Part shown: positions 20,231 to 28,183 of the stretch, piece by piece | Layout of the letters: the number at the start of each line of letters is the position of its first letter | How positions within the stretch are numbered: the stretch's first letter is position 1 | Notes under the pieces: model-generated | Told to the model about the DNA's origin: nothing | Databases searched by the model: none | What the model saw: only the letters and a program-made list of their open reading frames with translations | Program-made: the position numbers and the translations under genes | Assembly: GCA_003697065.1 (NCBI GenBank) | Contig: RFFY01000153.1 | Location: 1 to 33,346, forward strand | From: Actinomyces sp. | GTDB lineage: Bacteria > Actinomycetota > Acidimicrobiia > Acidimicrobiales > Aldehydirespiratoraceae | Direction: 5' to 3' | DNA length: 33,346 bases

Positions 20231-22728
20231 CGGTCACCCTCGTCGGAACGCCGACATCGACCGGTCTCAAGGAAGTCACGTCGTTCACGTTCTCGCACAC
20301 GGTCCCGGCCGGGCAGGCCGACACCGTTCTCGTCGTCGACGTCGGCGCCCGCGCCGCGCACGCCACCGCCGTCACCTTCGCCGGGCAGTCCCTCACCAAG
20401 GTCGTCGGTGACACGACCGGCACGGCCCGCATGTCGACATGGGTGCTCGTCAATCCACCGACCGGGGCGGGCACCGTGTCGGTCACCCTGTCCGCGTTGG
20501 CCGGGTTCGTCGTCGCCGGTGCACGGACCTTCGCCGGTGTCGACCAGTCCACCCCGGCGCCGACCTCGGCGTCGAACGCGGGGACGTCGAACGCCCCGTC
20601 CGTCGACGTGGCCTTCGGCGAACTCGAGGGTGGTCTCGTCGTCGACGCCGTCTACCTCAACGCCCAAACGAACACACTCACCCCGACCTCGGGCACCACC
20701 GACTGGTCCGCCACGATCGAGACCCAACCGGGTCGGGGCGCCCACCGGACCCCGACCACCACCGGGACGTTCACCGCCGGGTGGACCGCCGGTAAATCGG
20801 GGTCGTGGTCCTGCACCGCGATCGTGCTGCGTCCATCCGCGGCGCATCTCGCCGAGGTCGCCGTCGCCGGGTCCGACACCGCCGTCGGGTCGGTGACGGC
20901 GAACCTCGCCGCCCCCCTTGAGGTCGGGGACGTCCTCCTCGTCGCCGGGACGGTCACCGGGTCCGACGAGGCCCTCCTCGTCGCCACCGCCACCGGGGTG
21001 ACGTTCACCGTCCAGGCGGGGGCCGGGCAGTCCACCTTCGAGACCGGCATCCGCTTGTTCTCGGGTGAGGTCACGTCGGGAGGGGCGACATCGGTGACCC
21101 TCACCCGGTTCGCCGGGTCGGCACCGCTGGGTCTCGTCGTCGCCGTCTACCGCGGCTACGGGTCGTCGCCGACGTTCTCGGCGACCGCGACCGCGTCGGC
21201 CGACGCGACCGGGACCATCCAGTCCGTCACCCACACGGCGACCGCGGACAATGACCCCCTTCTCGGCGCCGGGGTCGGGGCGGGTGCCGGGTCGGCGCTC
21301 ATCATCGTCAACCCGGACGGGTCGATCGCCGAGACCAAATCGTCCGGTGGCGTCAACATCGACACGGTCGGTCGGGCGACGAACGACGCCGGTCGCACCG
21401 CGGGCACCACCGTGTCCCTGTCGCTCACGTCGGCGACATGGCGGTCCGCGGGCGCGGTCTCGTTCAACGTCGGCGGCGGCGGCACGAACTACACCCGCAC
21501 CGCGGCGGAGACGGTCACCCCCGCCGACGCCGGGCCGCAGGTGGCGACGACCGGCCGGGCCGGCGCGGAGACGACCGCCCCCACCGACTCGGGGTCGCAG
21601 GCGGCGACCAGTGTCCGCGCCGGCGCGGAGACGACCACCCCCGCCGACGCCGCGGCGGCGACCCTCATCATTGCCGCTACCGCATCGGAGACGGTCACCC
21701 CGACTGACGCCGTGTCGGGGAGCGGTTCGTCGGCGCGGTCCGCCGCCGAGACGGTGACCCCCACCGACGCGGGATCGACCACGTCGACGACCGCCCGGTC
21801 GGGCGCGGAGACGGTCACCCCCACCGACGCCACGGGCGGCGCCCACACGGCCTCGAGAACCTCGACCGAGACGGTCGCACCGGCGGACACCGGGTCCACC
21901 ACCGTTACCGGCGGCGGCACCCTCACCCGCACCGCGGCGGAGACGGTCACCCCGACCGACACCGTGACCGGAGTGTCGACGACCGCCCGGTCGGGCGCGG
22001 AGACGGTCACCCCCACCGACACCGGGTCGCAGGTGGCGACGACCACCCGCGCCGGCGCCGAGTCGGTCGCCCCCGCCGATGGGGTGGTCCCAGTTTCGGG
22101 GACCGTTAGGTCGGGCGCGGAGACGGTCACCCCCGCCGACGCCGGGTCGCGGGCGGCGGCCGCCTCGAGAACGACGGCGGAGACCGTCGGCCCGACGGAC
22201 GGGGCGTCGACTGTCCTGGGGGGCGGCACGAATCACGTCCGCACGGCGGCGGAGACGGTCGGCCCGACCGACACCGGGTCGGTGGTCCGTCAGTCGGCCC
22301 GCACCGCCGTCGAGTCGGTCACCCCGACCGACGTGGGATCGGGCACGTCGACGGTCTCGAGGTCGACCGGGCCGGAGTCGGTCACCCCGACCGACACGGC
22401 GACCCCGCAGGTCTCGACCCGCACCACCCGGACAGCGGCGGAGTCGGTCACCCCGACCGACACGGCACCGGTGTCGGCGACGTCGACCCGCCTCGCCGCC
22501 GAGTCGGTCGCCCCCGCCGATGGGGCGTCGGTGTCGGCGGCGATGGTCGTCCTGGCGGCCGAGACCCTCACCCCGGCCGACATCCTGCGGGTCGGCGGGT
22601 CGGTCGCCGCGGACGTGTCCGCCCCCGGATGGGTCACGGCCCGGTCCCGGGCGCGGGTCGTCGGCGTATCCGCCCCGGTCATCGTCCAGGTCCGTCGTCG
22701 TGCGGGCGTAGTAGGCTCCCCGTCATGA
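20227..22728 (+). CDS. Large repeat protein: two beta-sandwich-like N-terminal domains plus 18 tandem 20-aa Thr/Pro-rich repeats
   Basis: ATGA overlap at 20227. Residues about 1-205 and 206-425 look like duplicated lectin/LamG-like modules. From residue about 428 there are 18 units with the consensus AETVTPTD-x-GS-x(3)-TT-x-R-x-G. Confidence 0.85.
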   Translation: MTVTLVGTPTSTGLKEVTSFTFSHTVPAGQADTVLVVDVGARAAHATAVTFAGQSLTKVVGDTTGTARMSTWVLVNPPTGAGTVSVTLSALAGFVVAGARTFAGVDQSTPAPTSASNAGTSNAPSVDVAFGELEGGLVVDAVYLNAQTNTLTPTSGTTDWSATIETQPGRGAHRTPTTTGTFTAGWTAGKSGSWSCTAIVLRPSAAHLAEVAVAGSDTAVGSVTANLAAPLEVGDVLLVAGTVTGSDEALLVATATGVTFTVQAGAGQSTFETGIRLFSGEVTSGGATSVTLTRFAGSAPLGLVVAVYRGYGSSPTFSATATASADATGTIQSVTHTATADNDPLLGAGVGAGAGSALIIVNPDGSIAETKSSGGVNIDTVGRATNDAGRTAGTTVSLSLTSATWRSAGAVSFNVGGGGTNYTRTAAETVTPADAGPQVATTGRAGAETTAPTDSGSQAATSVRAGAETTTPADAAAATLIIAATASETVTPTDAVSGSGSSARSAAETVTPTDAGSTTSTTARSGAETVTPTDATGGAHTASRTSTETVAPADTGSTTVTGGGTLTRTAAETVTPTDTVTGVSTTARSGAETVTPTDTGSQVATTTRAGAESVAPADGVVPVSGTVRSGAETVTPADAGSRAAAASRTTAETVGPTDGASTVLGGGTNHVRTAAETVGPTDTGSVVRQSARTAVESVTPTDVGSGTSTVSRSTGPESVTPTDTATPQVSTRTTRTAAESVTPTDTAPVSATSTRLAAESVAPADGASVSAAMVVLAAETLTPADILRVGGSVAADVSAPGWVTARSRARVVGVSAPVIVQVRRRAGVVGSPS
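21508..22592 (+). repeat. In-frame tandem repeat array, 18 units of mostly 60 nt
   Basis: The GAG (Glu) codon of successive units lies at 21508, 21568, 21628, 21688, 21748, 21808, 21868, 21940, 22000, 22060, 22120, 22180, 22252, 22312, 22375, 22441, 22501 and 22561. The three blocks are each led by GGG-T-x(2-3)-RTA. Confidence 0.95.
22712..22717 (+). promoter_or_regulatory. TAGGCT -10-like hexamer 7 nt upstream of ATG 22725
   Basis: TAGGCT-ccccgtc-ATG, lying inside the 3' end of the repeat-protein gene. Confidence 0.3.
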
Positions 22729-23063
22729 GCGTCGCCGCAGTCCCGATCCCGTCGGTGTCCGCCGAACAACTCGAGGTCACATGGGGCGATACCGTCGACC
22801 CGACCGCTGGGAACGCCGAATACGCCGTCGTCGCCAATGGGACGACTCCGTCGTCGGGGGACTGGAGGTCGGCGACATTCGGGACATGGGACCCGTCCGC
22901 GAGCCAGGTCACGATCACGACCGGGGTGGTCGGGTCGCCGTCGTCGGGCGCGACCGTCGACGTGGACATCTCGGGCGCGACCGTGTGGGACCTGTGGGTG
23001 CGGGTCGTGGGGTCGTCCGAGCGACCGGCCCGGCTCGCCGCCACCCTCGTCGTCACCCCCTAG
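22725..23063 (+). CDS. Hypothetical Ig/FN3-like small protein
   Basis: ATGA overlap. Beta-rich sequence LEVTWGD...YAVVANGTTPSSGDW...VTITTG...WDLWVRVVG. Confidence 0.65.
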   Translation: MSVAAVPIPSVSAEQLEVTWGDTVDPTAGNAEYAVVANGTTPSSGDWRSATFGTWDPSASQVTITTGVVGSPSSGATVDVDISGATVWDLWVRVVGSSERPARLAATLVVTP

Positions 23064-23090
23064 GTCCGCGCCGGCGGCGCCGCCGGGGAC
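23064..23090 (+). terminator. Intrinsic terminator-like hairpin after the accessory island
   Basis: The palindrome ccggcggc/gccgccgg (23071-23086) is extended by gtcc/ggac with a 3-nt bulge and followed by TATTGT. It starts 1 nt after the TAG stop. Confidence 0.55.
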
Positions 23091-23154
23091 TATTGTCGGG
23101 GTCGCCACCCGGACCGTCTCGGGCGAAGGCACCAACCATCATCTCCCTCGGGGC

Positions 23155-23210
23155 GTCACCCGCCCCGACCGGCCGTAAGGGGAAGGCGACCCATGGTCGG
23201 GGCGGGTGAC
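23155..23210 (+). promoter_or_regulatory. 16-bp perfect stem with a 24-nt loop that displays an SD-like sequence and ATG 23193
   Basis: gtcacccgccccgacc (23155-23170) pairs perfectly with ggtcggggcgggtgac (23195-23210). The loop is ggccgtaaggggaaggcgacccat. Confidence 0.6.
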
Positions 23211-23693
23211 AACTCGAGGGGGGAACATCTCGAGGACATGTCCCGGGCCGCACGACCCGCACCCGTCGAGGGTGGACCCCGGACCCGGGACCCCCAAGGT
23301 CGACGCGGGGAGCGAGTCGTGCGGATCGTCAAGGCCGAGGTCCACCTGAAGGAACGGGACCTTGAGCGCGCCGCCGCCGGGGACCTGACCGAATATCTCG
23401 CCCGGGTCGGTCGCCGATGGGTCGACATCGCCGGTCGGATCGTCCCCGTCGACACCGGCGACCTCCGCTCGACGCTCCGCTATGACGTCAAGACCAAGGG
23501 CTCGGAGCCGGTCCTCACGTGCCGGGCCGGGGGCGTCAAGGGCGCCGTGACCGGCCGGGTCGTCGACTACGCCGTCTACGTCGAGAACGGCACGTCCCGC
23601 CAGCGAGCCCAACCCTACATGCGCACCTCGTTGCGCTACGTCGCCACGGTGTTGGGCGTCCGCATCGAATGGAAGGCGGGGATGGGGAGGTGA
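23193..23693 (+). CDS. HK97 gp10-like tail completion / neck protein
   Basis: VPVDTGDLRSTL...VDYAVYVENGTSRQRAQPYMR matches the HK97 gp10 family pattern. The start is uncertain (ATG 23193 or the downstream GTG near 23319). Confidence 0.75.
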   Translation: MVGAGDNSRGEHLEDMSRAARPAPVEGGPRTRDPQGRRGERVVRIVKAEVHLKERDLERAAAGDLTEYLARVGRRWVDIAGRIVPVDTGDLRSTLRYDVKTKGSEPVLTCRAGGVKGAVTGRVVDYAVYVENGTSRQRAQPYMRTSLRYVATVLGVRIEWKAGMGR

Positions 23694-23696
23694 GAC

Positions 23697-24137
23697 ATGG
23701 TGCTCGTCACCGGTGAGCAGGTCGCCGTCGAATGGGTCCGGGCCGTGGGCGCCCCGGTCGACTCGTCCCTCGTCGCCACCCGCCTCCCGCGGACATGGGA
23801 CAACGACACGTTCGGCGCGTCCGGGTTCGTGACCGTCTGGTCCGTCGACTCCGGGCACCGGCACGACACGACCCGCAGGGTGACCCTCGCCGACGTGTCC
23901 ACATGGGCGTACCGCCCCGGCGGGGCCGATGTCCGCCCCAACTGGGGTCTCGCCTCGCAACTCGCCACCGCCGTCGAGGCGGCCGCCCTCGACAATCCAC
24001 GCCGCACGGTCTCCCCGCCGGGCGGGACCGTGCTCGTCGAGGACGTCCACGTCGTCACCGGTCCCCGGCGGATGTCCGACCCGTCGGGTCTCGCCCGGTT
24101 CGTCGTCGGACTCATGTTCACCTGGCACGCCGCATAG
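23697..24137 (+). CDS. Tail terminator protein
   Basis: 146 aa between the gp10-like protein and the tail tube gene. Pattern V..WL.....V.T..P......FV.V typical of siphovirus tail terminators. Confidence 0.65.
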   Translation: MVLVTGEQVAVEWVRAVGAPVDSSLVATRLPRTWDNDTFGASGFVTVWSVDSGHRHDTTRRVTLADVSTWAYRPGGADVRPNWGLASQLATAVEAAALDNPRRTVSPPGGTVLVEDVHVVTGPRRMSDPSGLARFVVGLMFTWHAA

Positions 24138-24146
24138 GAGGTCACC

Positions 24147-24311
24147 ATGCCTGTCGATATCGACTCGATCCCGCCCGACGAACTCGCCGAACTCGCCGCC
24201 CGCGGCCATGCCGCCGCCCTCGCCCGTCTCGAGGGCGGCGCGAAGCGCACCAAGTCCACGGCCCACAAACGCGCCGCCGCCGAGGACGTCACCCCCGGCG
24301 ACGACACGTGA
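24147..24311 (+). CDS. Small ORF (54 aa) absent from the supplied track
   Basis: Strong RBS ataggaggtcaccATG. Translates MPVDIDSIPPDELAELAARGHAAALARLEGGAKRTKSTAHKRAAAEDVTPGDDT and fills the gap before the tube gene. Confidence 0.55.
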   Translation: MPVDIDSIPPDELAELAARGHAAALARLEGGAKRTKSTAHKRAAAEDVTPGDDT

Positions 24312-24344
24312 CCCAACCCGAACACCTGACCCAGGAGGCCACCG

Positions 24345-24905
24345 ATGGCTGTGACCGTTTCCAACCTCGTCCAAGGCCCGGCGACAATGTACGTCGGGGC
24401 GTTCGGGGCCGCCGAACCCGCCCCGTCCGCGGTCGGCACCGCGCCCGACTCGAACACGTGGACCGACGTGGGGGCGACCCGGGGCGGAGTCATGCTGCGC
24501 TTCGCGCCCTCGTTCTCCGAGTTCGAGGTCGACCAGTTGGTCGACAAGGCGGGCGCCCGACTGGTGTCCCGCGAGTTCACGCTCGTCACCGAACTCGCCG
24601 AGGCGACACTGGCGAACCTCGACATCGCCTTCAACGACACGGTATCGGCGTCCGGGTCGGGCTACGACTCGCGTGAACCGGCGGACCCGTCCGCCGCTGT
24701 CGACCCGACCTACCGGGCGTTCATCGTCGACGGGTGGGCGCCGGGCGCCGGGAAGATGCGGCGCATCATCGTCCGCCGTGCCCTCCAGGTCGCCCAGTTC
24801 GAGGCCGCCTACCGGCGAGACGACGAGACCGTGTTCCCGGTCGAGTTGCGCGCCTACTACGTGTCCGCCTCGATCCGGCCCCTCGAGATCATCGACCAGT
24901 TGTGA
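24345..24905 (+). CDS. Major tail (tube) protein
   Basis: RBS caggaggccaccgATG, 186 aa, positioned before the chaperone pair. Sequence pattern GPATMYVGAFG...W.DVGAT.GGV...EFEVDQL typical of actinophage tail tube proteins. Confidence 0.8.
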   Translation: MAVTVSNLVQGPATMYVGAFGAAEPAPSAVGTAPDSNTWTDVGATRGGVMLRFAPSFSEFEVDQLVDKAGARLVSREFTLVTELAEATLANLDIAFNDTVSASGSGYDSREPADPSAAVDPTYRAFIVDGWAPGAGKMRRIIVRRALQVAQFEAAYRRDDETVFPVELRAYYVSASIRPLEIIDQL

Positions 24906-24943
24906 CCTGACCAACCGACCCCGGTCCCAAGCGGAGCCCTGAC

Positions 24944-25279
24944 ATGTCAGACACCAAGAACACCGCCACGCCGCGTCTCGTGCGGCGACCCACCCGCAAC
25001 GAACCCGATGAGCGCATCATCGTCGAAGTGGTCACCGACCCGGACACCGACCCCCCGGCGACGACCCCCATCGTCGTCGATGTCGCCAACGTCCCGGTGT
25101 CGGCCCTCATGCGGTTCATGCGGGCGGTCGGGCGCAACGAACTCGAGGCCGTCGCCCACCTCCTCGACGACCTCCTCGGCGAGGAACAAATGCGGCTCGT
25201 CGAGGAGGCGGCGACATCGTTCGCCGACATCCGCCTCGTCGCCAACCGCCTCCTCGATGTCCTCCTCAGCGTCCGATGA
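24944..25279 (+). CDS. Tail assembly chaperone (G-like)
   Basis: 111 aa between the tube and tape measure genes, with an acidic helical C-terminus. Confidence 0.75.
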   Translation: MSDTKNTATPRLVRRPTRNEPDERIIVEVVTDPDTDPPATTPIVVDVANVPVSALMRFMRAVGRNELEAVAHLLDDLLGEEQMRLVEEAATSFADIRLVANRLLDVLLSVR

Positions 25280-25280
25280 C

Positions 25281-25616
25281 CGGGGCCTGATCCTCGATGC
25301 CGACATCGTGCGTCGGGTGGCGCGGGTGGCGTGGCTCGCGGACGACGACGAACTACGCCGGGCGCACGAGGCGGACCTCGCCGTGTGGGGCGTCGCCGGT
25401 GGCCTCCGGGTCTCCACCGGGTGGGCGGTCGCCGAGTTCGCCGGCGCGTGGGACGGCGCCGTCCGCCGCCTCCTCGCCGCCCGCGTCCGGGGTCGTGACA
25501 TGACGACGCCTCGGCGTCCACCCGACGCCCCGGTGACGGTCGACGCCGCCGCGCTCCCCGCCCTCACCGGTGGCATGGTCGCCTACCGTCGTGTCGACAC
25601 TGGAGACATCCCATGA
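25281..25616 (+). CDS. Tail assembly chaperone extension (T-like), in the +1 frame relative to 24944..25279
   Basis: This frame is open from 25008 and has protein-like sequence with high GC3 from about 25281. It ends with an ATGA overlap on the tape measure start. No good independent start or RBS. The site and mechanism of any frameshift are unresolved. Confidence 0.5.
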   Translation, partial: RGLILDADIVRRVARVAWLADDDELRRAHEADLAVWGVAGGLRVSTGWAVAEFAGAWDGAVRRLLAARVRGRDMTTPRRPPDAPVTVDAAALPALTGGMVAYRRVDTGDIP

Positions 25617-28183
25617 GCAACACCGTCGGCGAAGCCAAACTCATCATCGTCCCCGAGTTCGACCGGAAGCGCACCAAGGAACTCGGCACGGTGATCAAGG
25701 ACGAGTTCTCGGACGCCTGGCGGAACTCCGGCATCCGCCGCCAGGGCCGCCGCCTCATCGGCGAGATGCGGGACGGCATCATCGACGAATCATCCAAGAT
25801 TCTCGCCGGGGGTGTCCTATCGTCGGTCGGGTTGTCGTTCGTCGAGGAACTCGGCGCACCGCTGGAGCAAATCGAGACCAAGGTCGCGACCGTGTTCGGC
25901 GACACCCGCGACGAGATCGAGGCGTGGGCCGCCAACAATGCTCACTCGTTCGGGCTGACCCGCCGCGAGTTGCTCAAGGTGTCGGCCGACTTCGCCGACC
26001 TCATCGTCCCGATGGGCGCCACCCGCGAGCAGGCCGAGTCGATGACCGAGCAGGTGGTCGGTCTCGCCGGGGCGCTGTCGGAGTGGACCGGCGGGGAACG
26101 CTCGGCGGCCGAGGTCGCCCACATTCTGTCGTCGGCGATGCTCGGCGAACGCGAGGCACTCAAGGGACTCGGCATTTCGATCCGGGAGGCCGAGGTCCAA
26201 CAACGGGCGCTCGCGATCGCCCAGGCGGACGGCCGGGACCAGGTCACCCAACTCGACCGGGCGCTCGCCACCCAGCAACTGATCTTCGCCAAATCGAAGG
26301 ACGCTCAACGGGCGTTCGCCGAGGGGTCCGACACCCTCGCCCGCCGCCAGGCCGAAGCGAGGGCCAAACTCGCCGAGACCCGCGAGGAACTCACCGAAGC
26401 CCTCGTCCCGGCCGTGTCCGTCATGGCGGACCAGTTGTCGAAGTTCGCCGGGGGGGTCAACACGGCGACCCAGTTCCTCACCCACCATGTCGAAACCCTA
26501 ATGGTGCTGGGCGCCACCGTCGGCGGCGGGTTCCTGACCGCCAAACTGGGTCTCGCCGCCGCGTCGATGAGCCGATTCGTGGTCGAAATGAAACAGGCGA
26601 TCGAAGCGGCCGGTGGTCTCCGCTCCGCCATCTCGCAAATGTCGAAGTTCAACTTCGCCGCCGCCGGGGTCGGCGCCGCCCTCGGTGTCGCCACCTTCGC
26701 CGTCATCAAATGGCGCAAGGCCCAGCAGCAAGCCCGGGAACGGGTCGAACGCCTCACCGAGTCGCTGCGCACCCAGGCGGGCACCATCTCCGTCCTCGCC
26801 GACGGATGGGAGGACTACATCGCCCAGCAATCCGAGTTCGCGAAGAACAATCAAATCGACGACCTTCGCCGACTCAACATGACGTTCGGCGACCTCCAGG
26901 ATGTTGTGACCGGCGGGACCGACGGGCTGCGCCGCTTCATCAAGGCGGCCGTCGACGCCGGTGAAATCAGCCTCAAATCCGGGGTCACCGTCGACCAGCT
27001 AGCCGAGAACTTCGACAACCTCGAGATCACCGCCGACGGGGTCCGCGACGGATGGGTTCGGCTCGCCGACGGCAACACCGACCTCCTCGACTCGTTGGAG
27101 CAAACGATCGAGGCGACCGCCGAGGCGACCCGGAAGGACCTCGAACGGATCGCCGTGATGGACGGCATCCCGGGCGTCATCCGTCAGCAGGTCGACGAGT
27201 TGCTCGCCGCGAAGATGTCGACCGTCGACTTCGTAGCCGCCTGGGAACAACTGCGCCCGACCGTCGAGAAATACACGTCGGCCGCCGATGACGCCACCGG
27301 CTCGACCGGCGACATGGCGGACACGATGGGCGACGCCGCCGACGAGACCGCATCCCTGTCCGACGAGGTCGACCAGTTGCGCGACGCCCTCGACGACTTG
27401 TTCGGCGCCCAGCAGGACGTCGACGAGGCGACCTTGGACCTCCTCGACAAGTTCGACAAACTCACCGAGGCGGCCGCCGAAGCCGAAGGCCAAACGTCGA
27501 TCTACACCGAGTCCGGTCGGCGGCTCACCGAACGCGCCCGGGACGCGGCGTCCGCCATGCGGGACCTCACCCTCGCCGAACTCGCCAACGGCGAATCCCT
27601 CGACATGGTCCGCGAGAAACAGGACCGGCGAATCGACCGGCTCCGCCGCGAACTCGAGCAGGCCGGGTTCACCCGGTCCGAGATCGAGGACCTGATCGAC
27701 ACCTACGCCCTCGTCCCCGACGAGGTCGCCACGGACATCATCGCCAATCACGAGGACGCCGACACGGCGGTCAGCGAGTTCCGGCGCCGACTCGACGAAC
27801 TCGACGGGCGGACCGTCGCCGTTAGTATCGCCATGCAACCCGGGCACGGTCACCCGTCGGGGGTCGCGACCGACATCGCCCCGTCGTCGACCGTGGTGCT
27901 CCCACCCCCACCGGACACGCTGCGACGCCGTGCCCGTGGCGGTCTCGTCCGGGGCGGGCACCCGGCGATCGTCGGCGAGGTCCCCGGACAGGACGAACTC
28001 GTCCTCCCGATCGCCCGCCCCGCCGACCTCATGGCCCTCGTCAAGGCGTTCGGCGGCGACGACCGGCCCCGCATCCAGGTCGGCGACATCAACGTCACGG
28101 TCACCGGCGGCGACGTCGACCCGTGGCAGGTCGCCCGCGAGGTGCGGGACACCATCGTGAGACTGGAGGCCGCGCACCGATGA
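25613..28183 (+). CDS. Tape measure protein
   Basis: 856 aa, largely helical, with central hydrophobic segments (MVLGATVGGGFLTAKLGLAAA, AAAGVGAALGVATFAVI). Canonical position. Confidence 0.9.
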   Translation: MSNTVGEAKLIIVPEFDRKRTKELGTVIKDEFSDAWRNSGIRRQGRRLIGEMRDGIIDESSKILAGGVLSSVGLSFVEELGAPLEQIETKVATVFGDTRDEIEAWAANNAHSFGLTRRELLKVSADFADLIVPMGATREQAESMTEQVVGLAGALSEWTGGERSAAEVAHILSSAMLGEREALKGLGISIREAEVQQRALAIAQADGRDQVTQLDRALATQQLIFAKSKDAQRAFAEGSDTLARRQAEARAKLAETREELTEALVPAVSVMADQLSKFAGGVNTATQFLTHHVETLMVLGATVGGGFLTAKLGLAAASMSRFVVEMKQAIEAAGGLRSAISQMSKFNFAAAGVGAALGVATFAVIKWRKAQQQARERVERLTESLRTQAGTISVLADGWEDYIAQQSEFAKNNQIDDLRRLNMTFGDLQDVVTGGTDGLRRFIKAAVDAGEISLKSGVTVDQLAENFDNLEITADGVRDGWVRLADGNTDLLDSLEQTIEATAEATRKDLERIAVMDGIPGVIRQQVDELLAAKMSTVDFVAAWEQLRPTVEKYTSAADDATGSTGDMADTMGDAADETASLSDEVDQLRDALDDLFGAQQDVDEATLDLLDKFDKLTEAAAEAEGQTSIYTESGRRLTERARDAASAMRDLTLAELANGESLDMVREKQDRRIDRLRRELEQAGFTRSEIEDLIDTYALVPDEVATDIIANHEDADTAVSEFRRRLDELDGRTVAVSIAMQPGHGHPSGVATDIAPSSTVVLPPPPDTLRRRARGGLVRGGHPAIVGEVPGQDELVLPIARPADLMALVKAFGGDDRPRIQVGDINVTVTGGDVDPWQVAREVRDTIVRLEAAHR

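Noticed and set aside
21508-22592. The regular 60-nt periodicity could be mistaken for a CRISPR array.
   Set aside because: The whole unit is repeated with gradual divergence, so there is no alternation of identical repeats with unique spacers. The array stays in frame inside a long ORF, and no cas genes or leader are present.
21469-22592. Possible diversity-generating retroelement target, given variable segments alternating with conserved ones.
   Set aside because: There is no reverse transcriptase gene, no template/variable repeat pair elsewhere in the window, and no adenine-specific mismatch pattern.
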